Below, piece after piece: positions 44,766 to 53,229 of a DNA stretch of 64,000 nt. Position 1 is the first letter of the stretch. Each line of letters starts with the position of its first letter. Source of the DNA: Candidatus Moraniibacteriota bacterium (GTDB taxonomy: Bacteria; Patescibacteriota; Minisyncoccia; Moranbacterales; UBA1568); assembly GCA_049290235.1 (NCBI GenBank), contig JBATNG010000045.1, positions 12,717 through 76,716 of the forward strand, given 5' to 3'. Below the pieces are notes generated by a model. It was not told the origin of the DNA. It did no database searches and was given only the letters and a program-made list of their open reading frames with translations. Made by a program: the position numbers and the translations under genes.

Positions 44766-46049
44766 ATGTCTGATGAACAGCGCGATTTTTCTGTCCCTGC
44801 GGGGGCGTCCGAGGAACGGATCGCTCGACCGGTGACGCGGCGAGAGCAAACGCCGTGGCTGCGGATACTGCTACTTTCATTTGTCTTCGGACTGACCGGT
44901 GGGATGCTCTCGCGTCCCGATGCGCTCGTGAGTCTCGTGAAATACTTCCGTTCCGAAGGGCCATCCAAGACGGTCAGTCAGGTACCGTCGCTCGAATCCG
45001 TGCCACTCGAGGACCGAGCAATCGTCGGAGTCGTGGAGCGCGGGTCGCCAGCGGTGGTGAGCATTGTCATCACCAAGGATGTGCCGAAGGTGCGAAACTC
45101 TTTCCGCTCTCCATTTGGCCTCCCGTTTTTCAGTAATCCCTCCGACCCAGCGGATGATGGCAGCGGAGCCTCTACCAAACAGACGGTCGGGAACGGATCG
45201 GGTTTTCTCGTGAGTTCGGATGGCTATATCGTCACGAACAAGCATGTCGTCTCGGATGCGAAGGCGGAGTACACGGTCATCACGAGCGACAAGAAGGAAT
45301 ACCCGGCGACGGTCCTCGCGCTCGATCCCGTGAATGATGTTGCGGTGATCAAGGTGAACGGCGATGCGTTCCCGGCCCTCTTACTCGGTGATTCGGATAC
45401 GATCCGGGTGGGACAGACAGCGATCGCGATCGGCAATCCGCTGGGGGAATTTGCGAACTCGGTCTCGCGCGGTATCATTTCCGGTCTCAAGCGGCAAGTC
45501 ACGGCTGGTGTGACATTCGGCCAAGAGGAAGTCCTCCGCGATATCATCCAGACGGACGCAGCCATCAATCCGGGGAATTCCGGCGGTCCACTCCTCAACC
45601 TCGCGGGCGAAGTGATCGGCGTCAATGTCGCGGTCGCGCAGGGGGCGGAGAATATCGGTTTCGCGATTCCCGTGAACCAAATCAAGCGGGCCGTGGACGA
45701 GGTGAAGCGGACGGGGAAGATCGCCGTTCCGTATCTGGGGGTACGCTACATCCTCCTGGATGAGGGGATCGCGAAGGCGGCTGGTCTGCCGGTCACGTAT
45801 GGTGCGCTGATCCAGCGGGGACAGACGATCACGGATCTCGCTGTCGTCCCGGGATCGCCGGCGGACAAGGCTGGCCTCCTAGAGAATGACATCATCCTCG
45901 AAATCGATGGGAAGAAGATCGACAGCGAGCATCCGCTCGCGAATATCATCGGCAGCCATCAGGTTGGTGACACAGTGGAACTGAAGATTCTCCATCAAGG
46001 CGATGAGGAAACCCGATCCGTCAAGTTAGAGGAGCGAAAGATCCAGTAA
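44766..46049 (+). CDS. htrA: HtrA/DegP-family serine protease with PDZ domain
   Basis: Catalytic triad in context: IVTNKHVV (His), NDVAVIKV (Asp), INPGNSGGPLLN (Ser). C-terminal PDZ domain (GALIQRGQTITDLAVVPGSPADKAGLLENDIILEIDGKKI). Confidence 0.9.
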   Translation: MSDEQRDFSVPAGASEERIARPVTRREQTPWLRILLLSFVFGLTGGMLSRPDALVSLVKYFRSEGPSKTVSQVPSLESVPLEDRAIVGVVERGSPAVVSIVITKDVPKVRNSFRSPFGLPFFSNPSDPADDGSGASTKQTVGNGSGFLVSSDGYIVTNKHVVSDAKAEYTVITSDKKEYPATVLALDPVNDVAVIKVNGDAFPALLLGDSDTIRVGQTAIAIGNPLGEFANSVSRGIISGLKRQVTAGVTFGQEEVLRDIIQTDAAINPGNSGGPLLNLAGEVIGVNVAVAQGAENIGFAIPVNQIKRAVDEVKRTGKIAVPYLGVRYILLDEGIAKAAGLPVTYGALIQRGQTITDLAVVPGSPADKAGLLENDIILEIDGKKIDSEHPLANIIGSHQVGDTVELKILHQGDEETRSVKLEERKIQ

Positions 46050-46070
46050 CCCGAAGTATCCATCCCGTCT

Positions 46071-46826
46071 ATGATTTTCCACTTCACGGTATTTGGGTTT
46101 TCACTCGTTTTTTTCGGCATGCTCACGTATCTCGTGCGCGATCCGATTATCCCGTCTTGGCCGTGGTACAGCCTCTCACTCTTGGTGTTCGTGATGCTGT
46201 CCATGGCGGCCTCGCGGAAACTTACCGGCAAGTGGTACCCGGCCTTCTTGCCGGGCGTGGTAGCGTTCAGTACGCTCCTTCTCATTTCACTTATCGACGT
46301 GGCCTTCGAACAGCAGGTATTCATCTGGGTGGCGACGATTCTGTTTTATGCTTCGCTCCTCGGCATTTATCGGTTGAAGCTCATCCCGACGGATGAGACT
46401 GCTCGAGCACTGCTCAAGACGGCGGCCTTGGCCAGTCTCTTCTTCACCTATGCGGCGGCGTACGGCCTGTATCTCAATTATGACGTGCCCTTGACGCTCC
46501 TCATGCTCGTCTTTTTTCTGGCGGCATCGATCGTCGCATTCCAGACCCTGTATTGGGCGGGTCGGGACGATAGCCGTGAGGTGTTGTTGACGTCGCTTGC
46601 TCTCGGAACCGTGATGGGGGAACTCATCTGGGCGATCCATTTTTGGCCTTTCGGCTACCTCACCATCGGTTCCGCGATGCTGATATTTTTCTTCTTGCTC
46701 TGGCGCCTCATCCTGGACCTCTTGCGAGAGGGTTTAGTCTGGAGGCGACTCTTGGGCCAAGGGGTCATCCTCGTACTCCTCCTCATACTGCTCTTGGTCA
46801 CATCACCTTGGCGGATGCAGGCCTGA
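46071..46826 (+). CDS. hypothetical integral membrane protein
   Basis: 251 aa with about 7 TM helices. No family recognised. It sits between the two HtrA paralogs. Confidence 0.5.
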   Translation: MIFHFTVFGFSLVFFGMLTYLVRDPIIPSWPWYSLSLLVFVMLSMAASRKLTGKWYPAFLPGVVAFSTLLLISLIDVAFEQQVFIWVATILFYASLLGIYRLKLIPTDETARALLKTAALASLFFTYAAAYGLYLNYDVPLTLLMLVFFLAASIVAFQTLYWAGRDDSREVLLTSLALGTVMGELIWAIHFWPFGYLTIGSAMLIFFFLLWRLILDLLREGLVWRRLLGQGVILVLLLILLLVTSPWRMQA

Positions 46827-46827
46827 G

Positions 46828-48045
46828 ATGCTGCATTGCCGAAAGAGGAGAAGCGTGCTACAATCTCGTCGATTCACTATGGTTACCCCTCCTCAATTCT
46901 GGCGGTTTCTCCGCTTGGCCGGTCTCTTCGTCCTCCTCGTCCTCGTGGCGGGTGTGTCCGGGGCGTTCTTGTATTCTGCGATTGCTCCGAGACTTTCGAC
47001 GTGGTCGTGGACGGCCGGCATCCGGTGGCCCGGTTTGTCTGACACAGCACCTACGATTATCGAGCGGACCGAACAGGTTGTGCTCTCCCAGGAGGAAGGT
47101 CTTGAACGGTTCATCGGTGCTCCGCGGGCTTCGATCGTCAGTATTGTCTCGGTTTCGGTTGAGCCGATGGCGCGGACACTCGCGGGCACTCCGGCTCGTG
47201 AGATGTCGGGAGTCTTGGTCACCAATGACGGACTGGTGGCGACCTATTCGGCCCAGGCACCACTCTCTGAAAATCGACGGTTCACCGTGTTCTTCGCTGA
47301 TGGGAACGTCTCGGGAGCGCAGTTTGTCGCGTACGATCCAGTGGTCCATGTCGCCTATTTTCGAACCGAGCGCGCTGATACACCGGCGCTGGCCTTCACC
47401 AATTCTTCGGATACCCGACCGGGCCGACGCTTCATGGTATTGGCCGGGACCGAGGACCCGGATGAAGGACGACTGACAACTGGCTATATCGGCGAGCGAG
47501 CGCGGACGTTCAATCTGTCGGCGAAGACAGTCAGTTCAGCCGATGAGTGGGAAGGAGTGTTCCTCCCGGATCGGCCGATCGACCCTGGATTTATCGGCGG
47601 AGCGGCGGTGGCGATGAACGGCGAATTGATCGGGCTCATCGGTACGCTCACAGTGGATGCGACTGAACGAGCGTTCATCCTCCCGGCGAATGCACTTCGA
47701 CAGTCGCTTGGACGCGTGATTGGTGGCGGGTTGCCGGCGCGAGCCAATATCGGAGCGTATTATGTCTCGCTCACCAAGGAGACGGCGCTCTCGCTTCGGA
47801 TTTCACGAGACCAGGGCGCCCTCATCTACACCCCATCGGAGCGGTCCGGCCTGGCTGTCCTCTCGGGGTCAGCGGCCGAGCGCGCGGGGCTACGCTATGG
47901 CGATATCGTCACCGCTGTGAATGGACAGGCCATCACACTTGATCGGCCATTTTCGGTGGCACTCTATGAGGCGGCGACGGATGCCGATGCCTCTCTGACC
48001 GTACTCCGGAGCGGCAATGAAGTGACTCTCACGCTGTCTCGTTAA
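46828..48045 (+). CDS. HtrA-like pseudoprotease (trypsin-fold + PDZ, catalytic triad lost)
   Basis: It aligns with the upstream HtrA, but His becomes Ser/Ala (LVATYSAQ), Asp becomes His (VVHVAYF) and Ser becomes Ile (IDPGFIGGAAVAMNGELIGLIG versus INPGNSGGPLLNLAGEVIGV). It has an N-terminal TM anchor and keeps a PDZ-like C-terminus (GLRYGDIVTAVNGQAI). Confidence 0.65.
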   Translation: MLHCRKRRSVLQSRRFTMVTPPQFWRFLRLAGLFVLLVLVAGVSGAFLYSAIAPRLSTWSWTAGIRWPGLSDTAPTIIERTEQVVLSQEEGLERFIGAPRASIVSIVSVSVEPMARTLAGTPAREMSGVLVTNDGLVATYSAQAPLSENRRFTVFFADGNVSGAQFVAYDPVVHVAYFRTERADTPALAFTNSSDTRPGRRFMVLAGTEDPDEGRLTTGYIGERARTFNLSAKTVSSADEWEGVFLPDRPIDPGFIGGAAVAMNGELIGLIGTLTVDATERAFILPANALRQSLGRVIGGGLPARANIGAYYVSLTKETALSLRISRDQGALIYTPSERSGLAVLSGSAAERAGLRYGDIVTAVNGQAITLDRPFSVALYEAATDADASLTVLRSGNEVTLTLSR

Positions 48046-48068
48046 CCCTTGTTTCGGACATTTCTTTA

Positions 48069-48090
48069 AGGCTTGAAAAGGCCTTTTTTC
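48069..48090 (+). terminator. terminator-like hairpin before the proS promoter
   Basis: AAGGC-TTGAAAAG-GCCTT followed by TTTTTTCTTT. Confidence 0.45.
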
Positions 48091-48119
48091 TTTGACATGG
48101 CCGTGGGCATTCCGTACAA
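48091..48119 (+). promoter_or_regulatory. sigma70 promoter for proS
   Basis: -35 TTGACA (48091-48096), 17-nt spacer, -10 TACAAT (48114-48119). Confidence 0.65.
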
Positions 48120-48143
48120 TGAAGGAAATTATATCCTCTGCCT

Positions 48144-49406
48144 ATGCGCCAATCGGCCCTCTTCACGAGAACATCCAAAACCGCCCCAGCGGACGAGGTG
48201 AGCCGCAACGCCTCGCTCCTCATCCAGGCGGGCTACATCTACAAGGTGATGGCGGGCGTGTACGCGTATACACCGCTGGGTTTTCGAGTACTTGAAAATA
48301 TCAAGCGCATCGTCCGGGAAGAGATGGACGCGATCGGTGGACAGGAGCTGATCATGACCAATCTGCAGCACAAGGACACCTGGGAGGCGACGGGCCGATG
48401 GAGTGAGGAGGCAGTGGATGTCTGGTTCAAGACCAAATTGCAGGACGGTACGGAGCTCGGGCTCGCCTGGAGCCACGAAGAGGCCATCATGGAGATGATG
48501 CGGCAGTTTATCCAAAGCTATCGTGACTTGCCGGTCAGTGTGTATCAGTTTCAGACCAAACTTCGGAATGAGCTGCGCGCCAAGAGTGGAATCATGCGCG
48601 GTCGCGAGTTTGTGATGAAAGACATGTACTCGCTCCATGCGACCGAGGCGGATATGGATCAGTACTACGAAAAAGTGATTGAAGCGTACAAGAAAGTCTA
48701 CCAGCGGCTCGGTATCGGCGATGAGACGTATGTCACATTTGCGAGTGGCGGCGCTTTCACAAAGTTTAGCCATGAATTCCAGACTATTTGCGAGGCGGGC
48801 GAGGACACGTTGTATGTGAATGCCGACCGGACCGTGGCGGTCAATGAAGAGGTGCTCGATGACGCATCCCGAGAAATTGGTGTCGACAAGGCATCGTTGT
48901 TGCCGATGAAGAGCGCAGAGACTGGAAATATCTTCAAGTTCGGTACCGAAAAGAGTGACCAGATGCATGTGACCTACAAGGATGCCGAGGGGAAGCCACG
49001 ACCGCTCTACCTGGCTTCATACGGCATCGGTATCACGCGAGTGATGGGTGTCATCGTTGAAAAGTTCGCTGATGCGAATGGGTTGGTCTGGCCGAAATCC
49101 GTTGCTCCGTCCCAGGTCCATCTCCTCTCGCTCGGGGCGGATGAGAAAGCCGCTGAAATCTATGAAGCGCTCACTCAAAGTGGTATCGAGGTGCTGTATG
49201 ACGATCGGGATATGCGGGCGGGTGAGAAATTCGCCGAAGCCGACCTGCTCGGCATCCCGTACCGGGTGGTTATCGGGAAGCGTTCCATCGAGAGCGGTGA
49301 AGCAGAATTGAAAAGCCGCACGGATGAGACCATTGAAACCGTGCCATTTGACCAGTTATCCGCTGTCATCCATCAACATTATGCCGACCAAAAATCCGGG
49401 GAATAA
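48144..49406 (+). CDS. proS: proline--tRNA ligase (short form without editing insertion)
   Basis: Class II motifs: motif 1 region RVLENIKRIVREEMDAIGGQEL, motif 2 FQFQTKLRNELRAKSGIMRGREFVMKDMYS, motif 3 GIGITR. C-terminal anticodon-binding domain. Confidence 0.9.
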   Translation: MRQSALFTRTSKTAPADEVSRNASLLIQAGYIYKVMAGVYAYTPLGFRVLENIKRIVREEMDAIGGQELIMTNLQHKDTWEATGRWSEEAVDVWFKTKLQDGTELGLAWSHEEAIMEMMRQFIQSYRDLPVSVYQFQTKLRNELRAKSGIMRGREFVMKDMYSLHATEADMDQYYEKVIEAYKKVYQRLGIGDETYVTFASGGAFTKFSHEFQTICEAGEDTLYVNADRTVAVNEEVLDDASREIGVDKASLLPMKSAETGNIFKFGTEKSDQMHVTYKDAEGKPRPLYLASYGIGITRVMGVIVEKFADANGLVWPKSVAPSQVHLLSLGADEKAAEIYEALTQSGIEVLYDDRDMRAGEKFAEADLLGIPYRVVIGKRSIESGEAELKSRTDETIETVPFDQLSAVIHQHYADQKSGE

Positions 49407-50109
49407 ACCGTCTTCGACCAAGGAGCTTATCATCATCTCACTCGGAGGATCACTCCTCGTCCCCGAATCGATTGATGATGTCTTTGTGGCAAGTTTCAAA
49501 AAGTTCATCGTGAGCCATATCAAGAAAGGCTATCGGTTTATCCTCGTGACGGGAGGTGGCAAGACGGCGCGTAACTATATCGAATCGGCGGCGACGGTAA
49601 CCAAAATCAATGATGAAGACAAAGACTGGCTCGGCATCCATGCGACGCGGATGAACGCTCATCTCGTCCGGACGATTTTCCGAGAGTATGCCCATCCGCG
49701 GATCAACACGAACCCGCACGATCTCGAGGATTTCTACCGGGCCTCGGAGCCGATCCTGGTGGCGGCTGGGTGGCGGCCGGGATTTTCGACGGACTTTGAC
49801 GCTGTGGTCCTCGGCAAATACCTCGGGGTGAAGCGCATCATCAATCTCTCCAACATCGAGCGAGTGTACGACAAAGACCCACGTACCCATAGTGATGCTC
49901 GATCGTTCGACTCGTTGCATTGGAAGGAATTCCGGAAAATTGTCGGCTCGAAATGGAATCCAGGCATGAATGTCCCGTTCGACCCGATCGCGTCGGCCAT
50001 GGCGGAGAAGGAGGAAATGGAAGTTGCGATTATGAACGGTGGCGACCTCGATAATGTCACGCGCTATATTGCTGGGAAGAAATTTGTCGGCACGCTCATT
50101 AAGGATTAG
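49381..50109 (+). CDS. pyrH: UMP kinase (archaeal-type amino-acid-kinase fold)
   Basis: Start at ATG 49381 (MPTKNPGNKPSSTKELIIISLGGSLL), overlapping the proS end by 26 nt. FILVTGGGKTARNYIESA and GIHATRMNAHLV match archaeal-type UMPK. Confidence 0.65.
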   Translation: MPTKNPGNKPSSTKELIIISLGGSLLVPESIDDVFVASFKKFIVSHIKKGYRFILVTGGGKTARNYIESAATVTKINDEDKDWLGIHATRMNAHLVRTIFREYAHPRINTNPHDLEDFYRASEPILVAAGWRPGFSTDFDAVVLGKYLGVKRIINLSNIERVYDKDPRTHSDARSFDSLHWKEFRKIVGSKWNPGMNVPFDPIASAMAEKEEMEVAIMNGGDLDNVTRYIAGKKFVGTLIKD

Positions 50110-50114
50110 AGACT

Positions 50115-50621
50115 ATGTTCGCGCGTATCTTTGGCGAGCTTGGGAAAGACGATAGCGCTCTCGCGGGCGGGAAAGGGGCGTCCTTGGGGGACTTGGTGGA
50201 AGTGGATGCGGATCGAGGAGTGGTGCGGGTGATTGAGCGAGCTAAGGAACAAACGATGCATGTGAGCGGGAAGGAACCGATTTTCACTCAGACTGGGAAA
50301 GTACTCAGGGGCAGTAGACAGGCGAAGACACTCGGGTTTCCGACCGCCAATATCCCTTACGAACGGGAGGATATCGCGGGCACCTATGCTGGACAAGTAA
50401 CGGTACATGGGGCAGTCTATAAAGCGGCTGTGTATGCCGACCCCAAGCGGGGACTGCTCGAGGCTCATCTCTTCGGGTTCTCGGGTGATCTGTATGGCGA
50501 AGAAATTCGCATCACCCTCCTGGCGAAAGTCGCGGAAGCTGCTGAATTCACACCGGAAACTGATGCCCGAGAATTCATTATTCAGGTTGTGCAGAAAGTG
50601 AAGGATTATTTTCAGATCTAG
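50115..50621 (+). CDS. riboflavin kinase (stand-alone RibF C-terminal domain)
   Basis: GKVLRGSRQAKTLGFPTANI...GTYAG...VYKAAVY...LEAHLFGFSGDLYGEEIRITL are flavokinase motifs. There is a 47-aa N-terminal extension of unknown function. No adenylyltransferase domain in this ORF. Confidence 0.8.
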   Translation: MFARIFGELGKDDSALAGGKGASLGDLVEVDADRGVVRVIERAKEQTMHVSGKEPIFTQTGKVLRGSRQAKTLGFPTANIPYEREDIAGTYAGQVTVHGAVYKAAVYADPKRGLLEAHLFGFSGDLYGEEIRITLLAKVAEAAEFTPETDAREFIIQVVQKVKDYFQI

Positions 50622-50634
50622 AGACCCATTTTTT

Positions 50635-51228
50635 ATGTTCACTGGCATCATCGAAGCAGTAAAACCCGTGCTCTCGGTTCAGGACAAAGACGGCTCTCGT
50701 CACGTCCGGATCGGGAAGCCGAGGAATTGGAAACTTCGGAAAGGGCAGAGCGTCTCGATCGATGGAGTTTGTACGACGGTAGTGAGTCAGAGCCCGGTCG
50801 CTTTCAATGTCGAGTATATGCCGGAAACATTGTCCAAGACGACTATGCAGTTTGTCGAGCGCGGAACGGAGCTCAATCTGGAGCGGTCTGTGACGCTGCG
50901 ATCACCCTTGGATGGCCATCTCATTCAGGGGCACGTCGATAGTTCGAGTGAGGTCGTATCAATTGTGAAAGTCCATGGGAAACATGAAGTGACCGTGAAC
51001 ATTCCGCCGGCATTGAAACCGTATATCGCTTCACACGGTGCGATTACCGTCAATGGTGTCAGCCTCACTGTGGCGCGTAAAACGGAGCGGACGTTTACAG
51101 TGGCGCTCATTCCATATACTCTGCGGCATTCGAACCTGCAATTATTGGAAGAGGGGAGTGTGGTGAATCTCGAGGTGGATCTCTTGGCCCGCTATGTGGT
51201 GAACGCCCTCGGAAAGAGTAATCATTGA
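50635..51228 (+). CDS. ribE: riboflavin synthase (alpha subunit)
   Basis: Two lumazine-binding repeats: MFTGIIE...SIDGVCTTVV and LIQGHVDSSSEVV...ITVNGVSLTVA. Confidence 0.9.
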   Translation: MFTGIIEAVKPVLSVQDKDGSRHVRIGKPRNWKLRKGQSVSIDGVCTTVVSQSPVAFNVEYMPETLSKTTMQFVERGTELNLERSVTLRSPLDGHLIQGHVDSSSEVVSIVKVHGKHEVTVNIPPALKPYIASHGAITVNGVSLTVARKTERTFTVALIPYTLRHSNLQLLEEGSVVNLEVDLLARYVVNALGKSNH

Positions 51229-51240
51229 CGAATCAATCCT

Positions 51241-51702
51241 ATGCAAAGGAAACGCAGTGTCAGTCGCACCAACAGGAGGGATGCCTCGCGGCTCAGAGTC
51301 GGAATTGTTGTCTCGCCTTACTATGAGGCAATCGCAAAAAAGCTCCTTCGGGGTGCATTGGCGGAGCTCGGAGAGTGGAGGGTGGAGAAGAAGAATATCT
51401 TTGTGATGCAAGTTTCGGGAAGCTTCGAAATCCCTTATGGTTGTGTCTCACTGATGAAGCAGCATCGGCCGGATGTAATTGTCACGCTTGGTTGTGTTGT
51501 GAAGGGTGAGACCAACCATGACCAGATCATCGCTCAGGCAGTGGCCCAAGGGCTCGTCGACCTGACGATCAAGTATGAGATCCCGATTACGCTCGGCGTG
51601 TTGACGGTCAACACACTCGAACAGGCGAAAGCCCGATCGACACCGGGGAATAACAAGGGTCGGGAAGCGACGGCGGCCGCGCTTGAAGCAGCACTCCTCT
51701 AG
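51241..51702 (+). CDS. ribH: 6,7-dimethyl-8-ribityllumazine synthase
   Basis: RVGIVVSPYYEAIAKKLL...VSGSFEIPYG...VVTLGCVVKGETNHDQIIAQ. Confidence 0.9.
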   Translation: MQRKRSVSRTNRRDASRLRVGIVVSPYYEAIAKKLLRGALAELGEWRVEKKNIFVMQVSGSFEIPYGCVSLMKQHRPDVIVTLGCVVKGETNHDQIIAQAVAQGLVDLTIKYEIPITLGVLTVNTLEQAKARSTPGNNKGREATAAALEAALL

Positions 51703-51704
51703 CT

Positions 51705-52151
51705 CTATCGGGAGATCCTCTTCTTTTCATCGGACTTGTGTAGCAGACTAGACTTGAATCTCTTCGGTTGATGGGGACTGAGGAATTGGAAGGGCTGTTT
51801 GATTTGAGTGAGGCTTTCGGCCATCCGCTCCTGGTCATAGCCAAGGAAGACTATGTCTGGTGAGTGGTCTCGGAGGACGCGCCACTTTCCGATAGTTCGA
51901 TCGCTCGGGACGATGTGGGCATGATCCAGGAAACCTCGAATGGCATTCATCCGGACGCGGGTACCGTGCCGGGGAGCATGTCCCTTGAGCTTCCGGACGA
52001 TACTTGTCCGAGCGACTACCACAACGAGCTTCTCGCAGGATTGAGCCGCTTCGAGAAGGAAATTCTGATGTCCGGGATGGAGTCCATCAAAGACACCGAA
52101 GACCATACCGAGTTTACAGGGGCGGGATTTTTGGGGCATAGTGTTTCTCAT
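51705..52151 (-). CDS. cytidylyltransferase-like nucleotidyltransferase, probable FMN adenylyltransferase (RibF N-terminal domain homolog)
   Basis: MVFGVFDGLHPGHQNFL carries the GxFDGxHxGH motif of FAD synthetase. DIVFLGYDQ follows. The start may be Met-16 (52106). Confidence 0.6.
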   Translation of the reverse strand: MRNTMPQKSRPCKLGMVFGVFDGLHPGHQNFLLEAAQSCEKLVVVVARTSIVRKLKGHAPRHGTRVRMNAIRGFLDHAHIVPSDRTIGKWRVLRDHSPDIVFLGYDQERMAESLTQIKQPFQFLSPHQPKRFKSSLLHKSDEKKRISR

Positions 52152-52166
52152 TCCGGATTATTCTAA

Positions 52167-52185
52167 TATACCAGAATGGTATACT
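52167..52185 (+). promoter_or_regulatory. perfect palindrome TATACCAGAATGGTATA overlapping an extended -10 (TGGTATACT) in the divergent ribF-like/ispH intergenic region
   Basis: TATACCA-GAA-TGGTATA (52167-52183) is a 7-bp-arm inverted repeat. TGGTATACT (52177-52185) is the same extended -10 9-mer seen at 23783 and 43146. Confidence 0.5.
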
Positions 52186-52266
52186 GTAGTTTGAGGCAGA
52201 GAGTATTGTTGATCCTCGCTTTTGTCAATGAGTAATGAAATCCTGACATTAGGATAGTGAATCTCT

Positions 52267-53229
52267 ATGAATTCTATCAAGAAAGTCCTCATTGCACAGC
52301 CGCACGGGTTTTGTGCGGGGGTCGCTCGAGCGGTGAAGGCGGTGGAGGATACGCTGGCGATATTCGGTGCGCCGGTGTATGTGAAGCATGAGATCGTCCA
52401 CAACAAGCATGTGGTCGATGCGATCACGAAGCAAGGCGCGATCACGGTCGAAACACTCGAGGAAGTGCCGGAGGGTTCGGTGGTCATCTTCTCCGCCCAC
52501 GGTTCGCCGCGCGCTCATTATGAGGTAGCCCGAGAGCGCCAGCTCCATCTCATCGATGCGACCTGTCCGCTGGTGACCAAAGTTCACCTCGAAGTGTTGC
52601 GTTTCATCAAGGAAGGCTATGGGGTCGTGTACATCGGCCACCGCGGTCATATCGAGGGTGTCGGGGTGCTCGGTGAAGCGCCAGGTGTCAGTATTCCGGT
52701 GGTTGAGACGGTCGCAGATGCTGAAGCTTTGACGCTCCCTGAAAGTGAAAAGATGGTCTATCTCACGCAGACGACCCTCTCTATCGATGAGACCCAAGAC
52801 GTCATCGCGGCACTCCGAAAGAAATATCCCCAGATCGTCGCTCCGCCGCTTGAAGATATCTGCTATGCGACAACCAATCGCCAGGAGGCAGCCAAAGCAC
52901 TCGCAAAGACCGTCCCCGTCGTGATCGTCGTCGGATCGGTGACCTCGTCCAACTCCAATCGTTTACGCGAGACGGCCGAGCAAGCCGGTGCCCGGGCCTA
53001 CCTGGTTGATGATGCGAGCGACCTTGAAGCCGCGTGGTTTGATGGCGTTTCAATAGTTGGCGTGACTGGTGGGGCGAGTGCACCCGAGGATCGGATCCAG
53101 ACTGTGATCGACTACTTCACCGGACAAGGGGCGGTCGCCGAACGATTCTCGGTGAAGGAAGAAAAGATGTTCTTCGCGGAACCGGTGGAACTCATGCAGA
53201 TCCGTCGAGAGAGAGCAGCGAAGGTATGA
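52267..53229 (+). CDS. ispH: 4-hydroxy-3-methylbut-2-enyl diphosphate reductase
   Basis: PHGFCAGVARAV, SAHGSP, DATCPLVTKVH, TNRQEAAKALA and GSVTSSNSNRL track E. coli IspH throughout, including the three cluster-ligating Cys. Confidence 0.9.
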   Translation: MNSIKKVLIAQPHGFCAGVARAVKAVEDTLAIFGAPVYVKHEIVHNKHVVDAITKQGAITVETLEEVPEGSVVIFSAHGSPRAHYEVARERQLHLIDATCPLVTKVHLEVLRFIKEGYGVVYIGHRGHIEGVGVLGEAPGVSIPVVETVADAEALTLPESEKMVYLTQTTLSIDETQDVIAALRKKYPQIVAPPLEDICYATTNRQEAAKALAKTVPVVIVVGSVTSSNSNRLRETAEQAGARAYLVDDASDLEAAWFDGVSIVGVTGGASAPEDRIQTVIDYFTGQGAVAERFSVKEEKMFFAEPVELMQIRRERAAKV

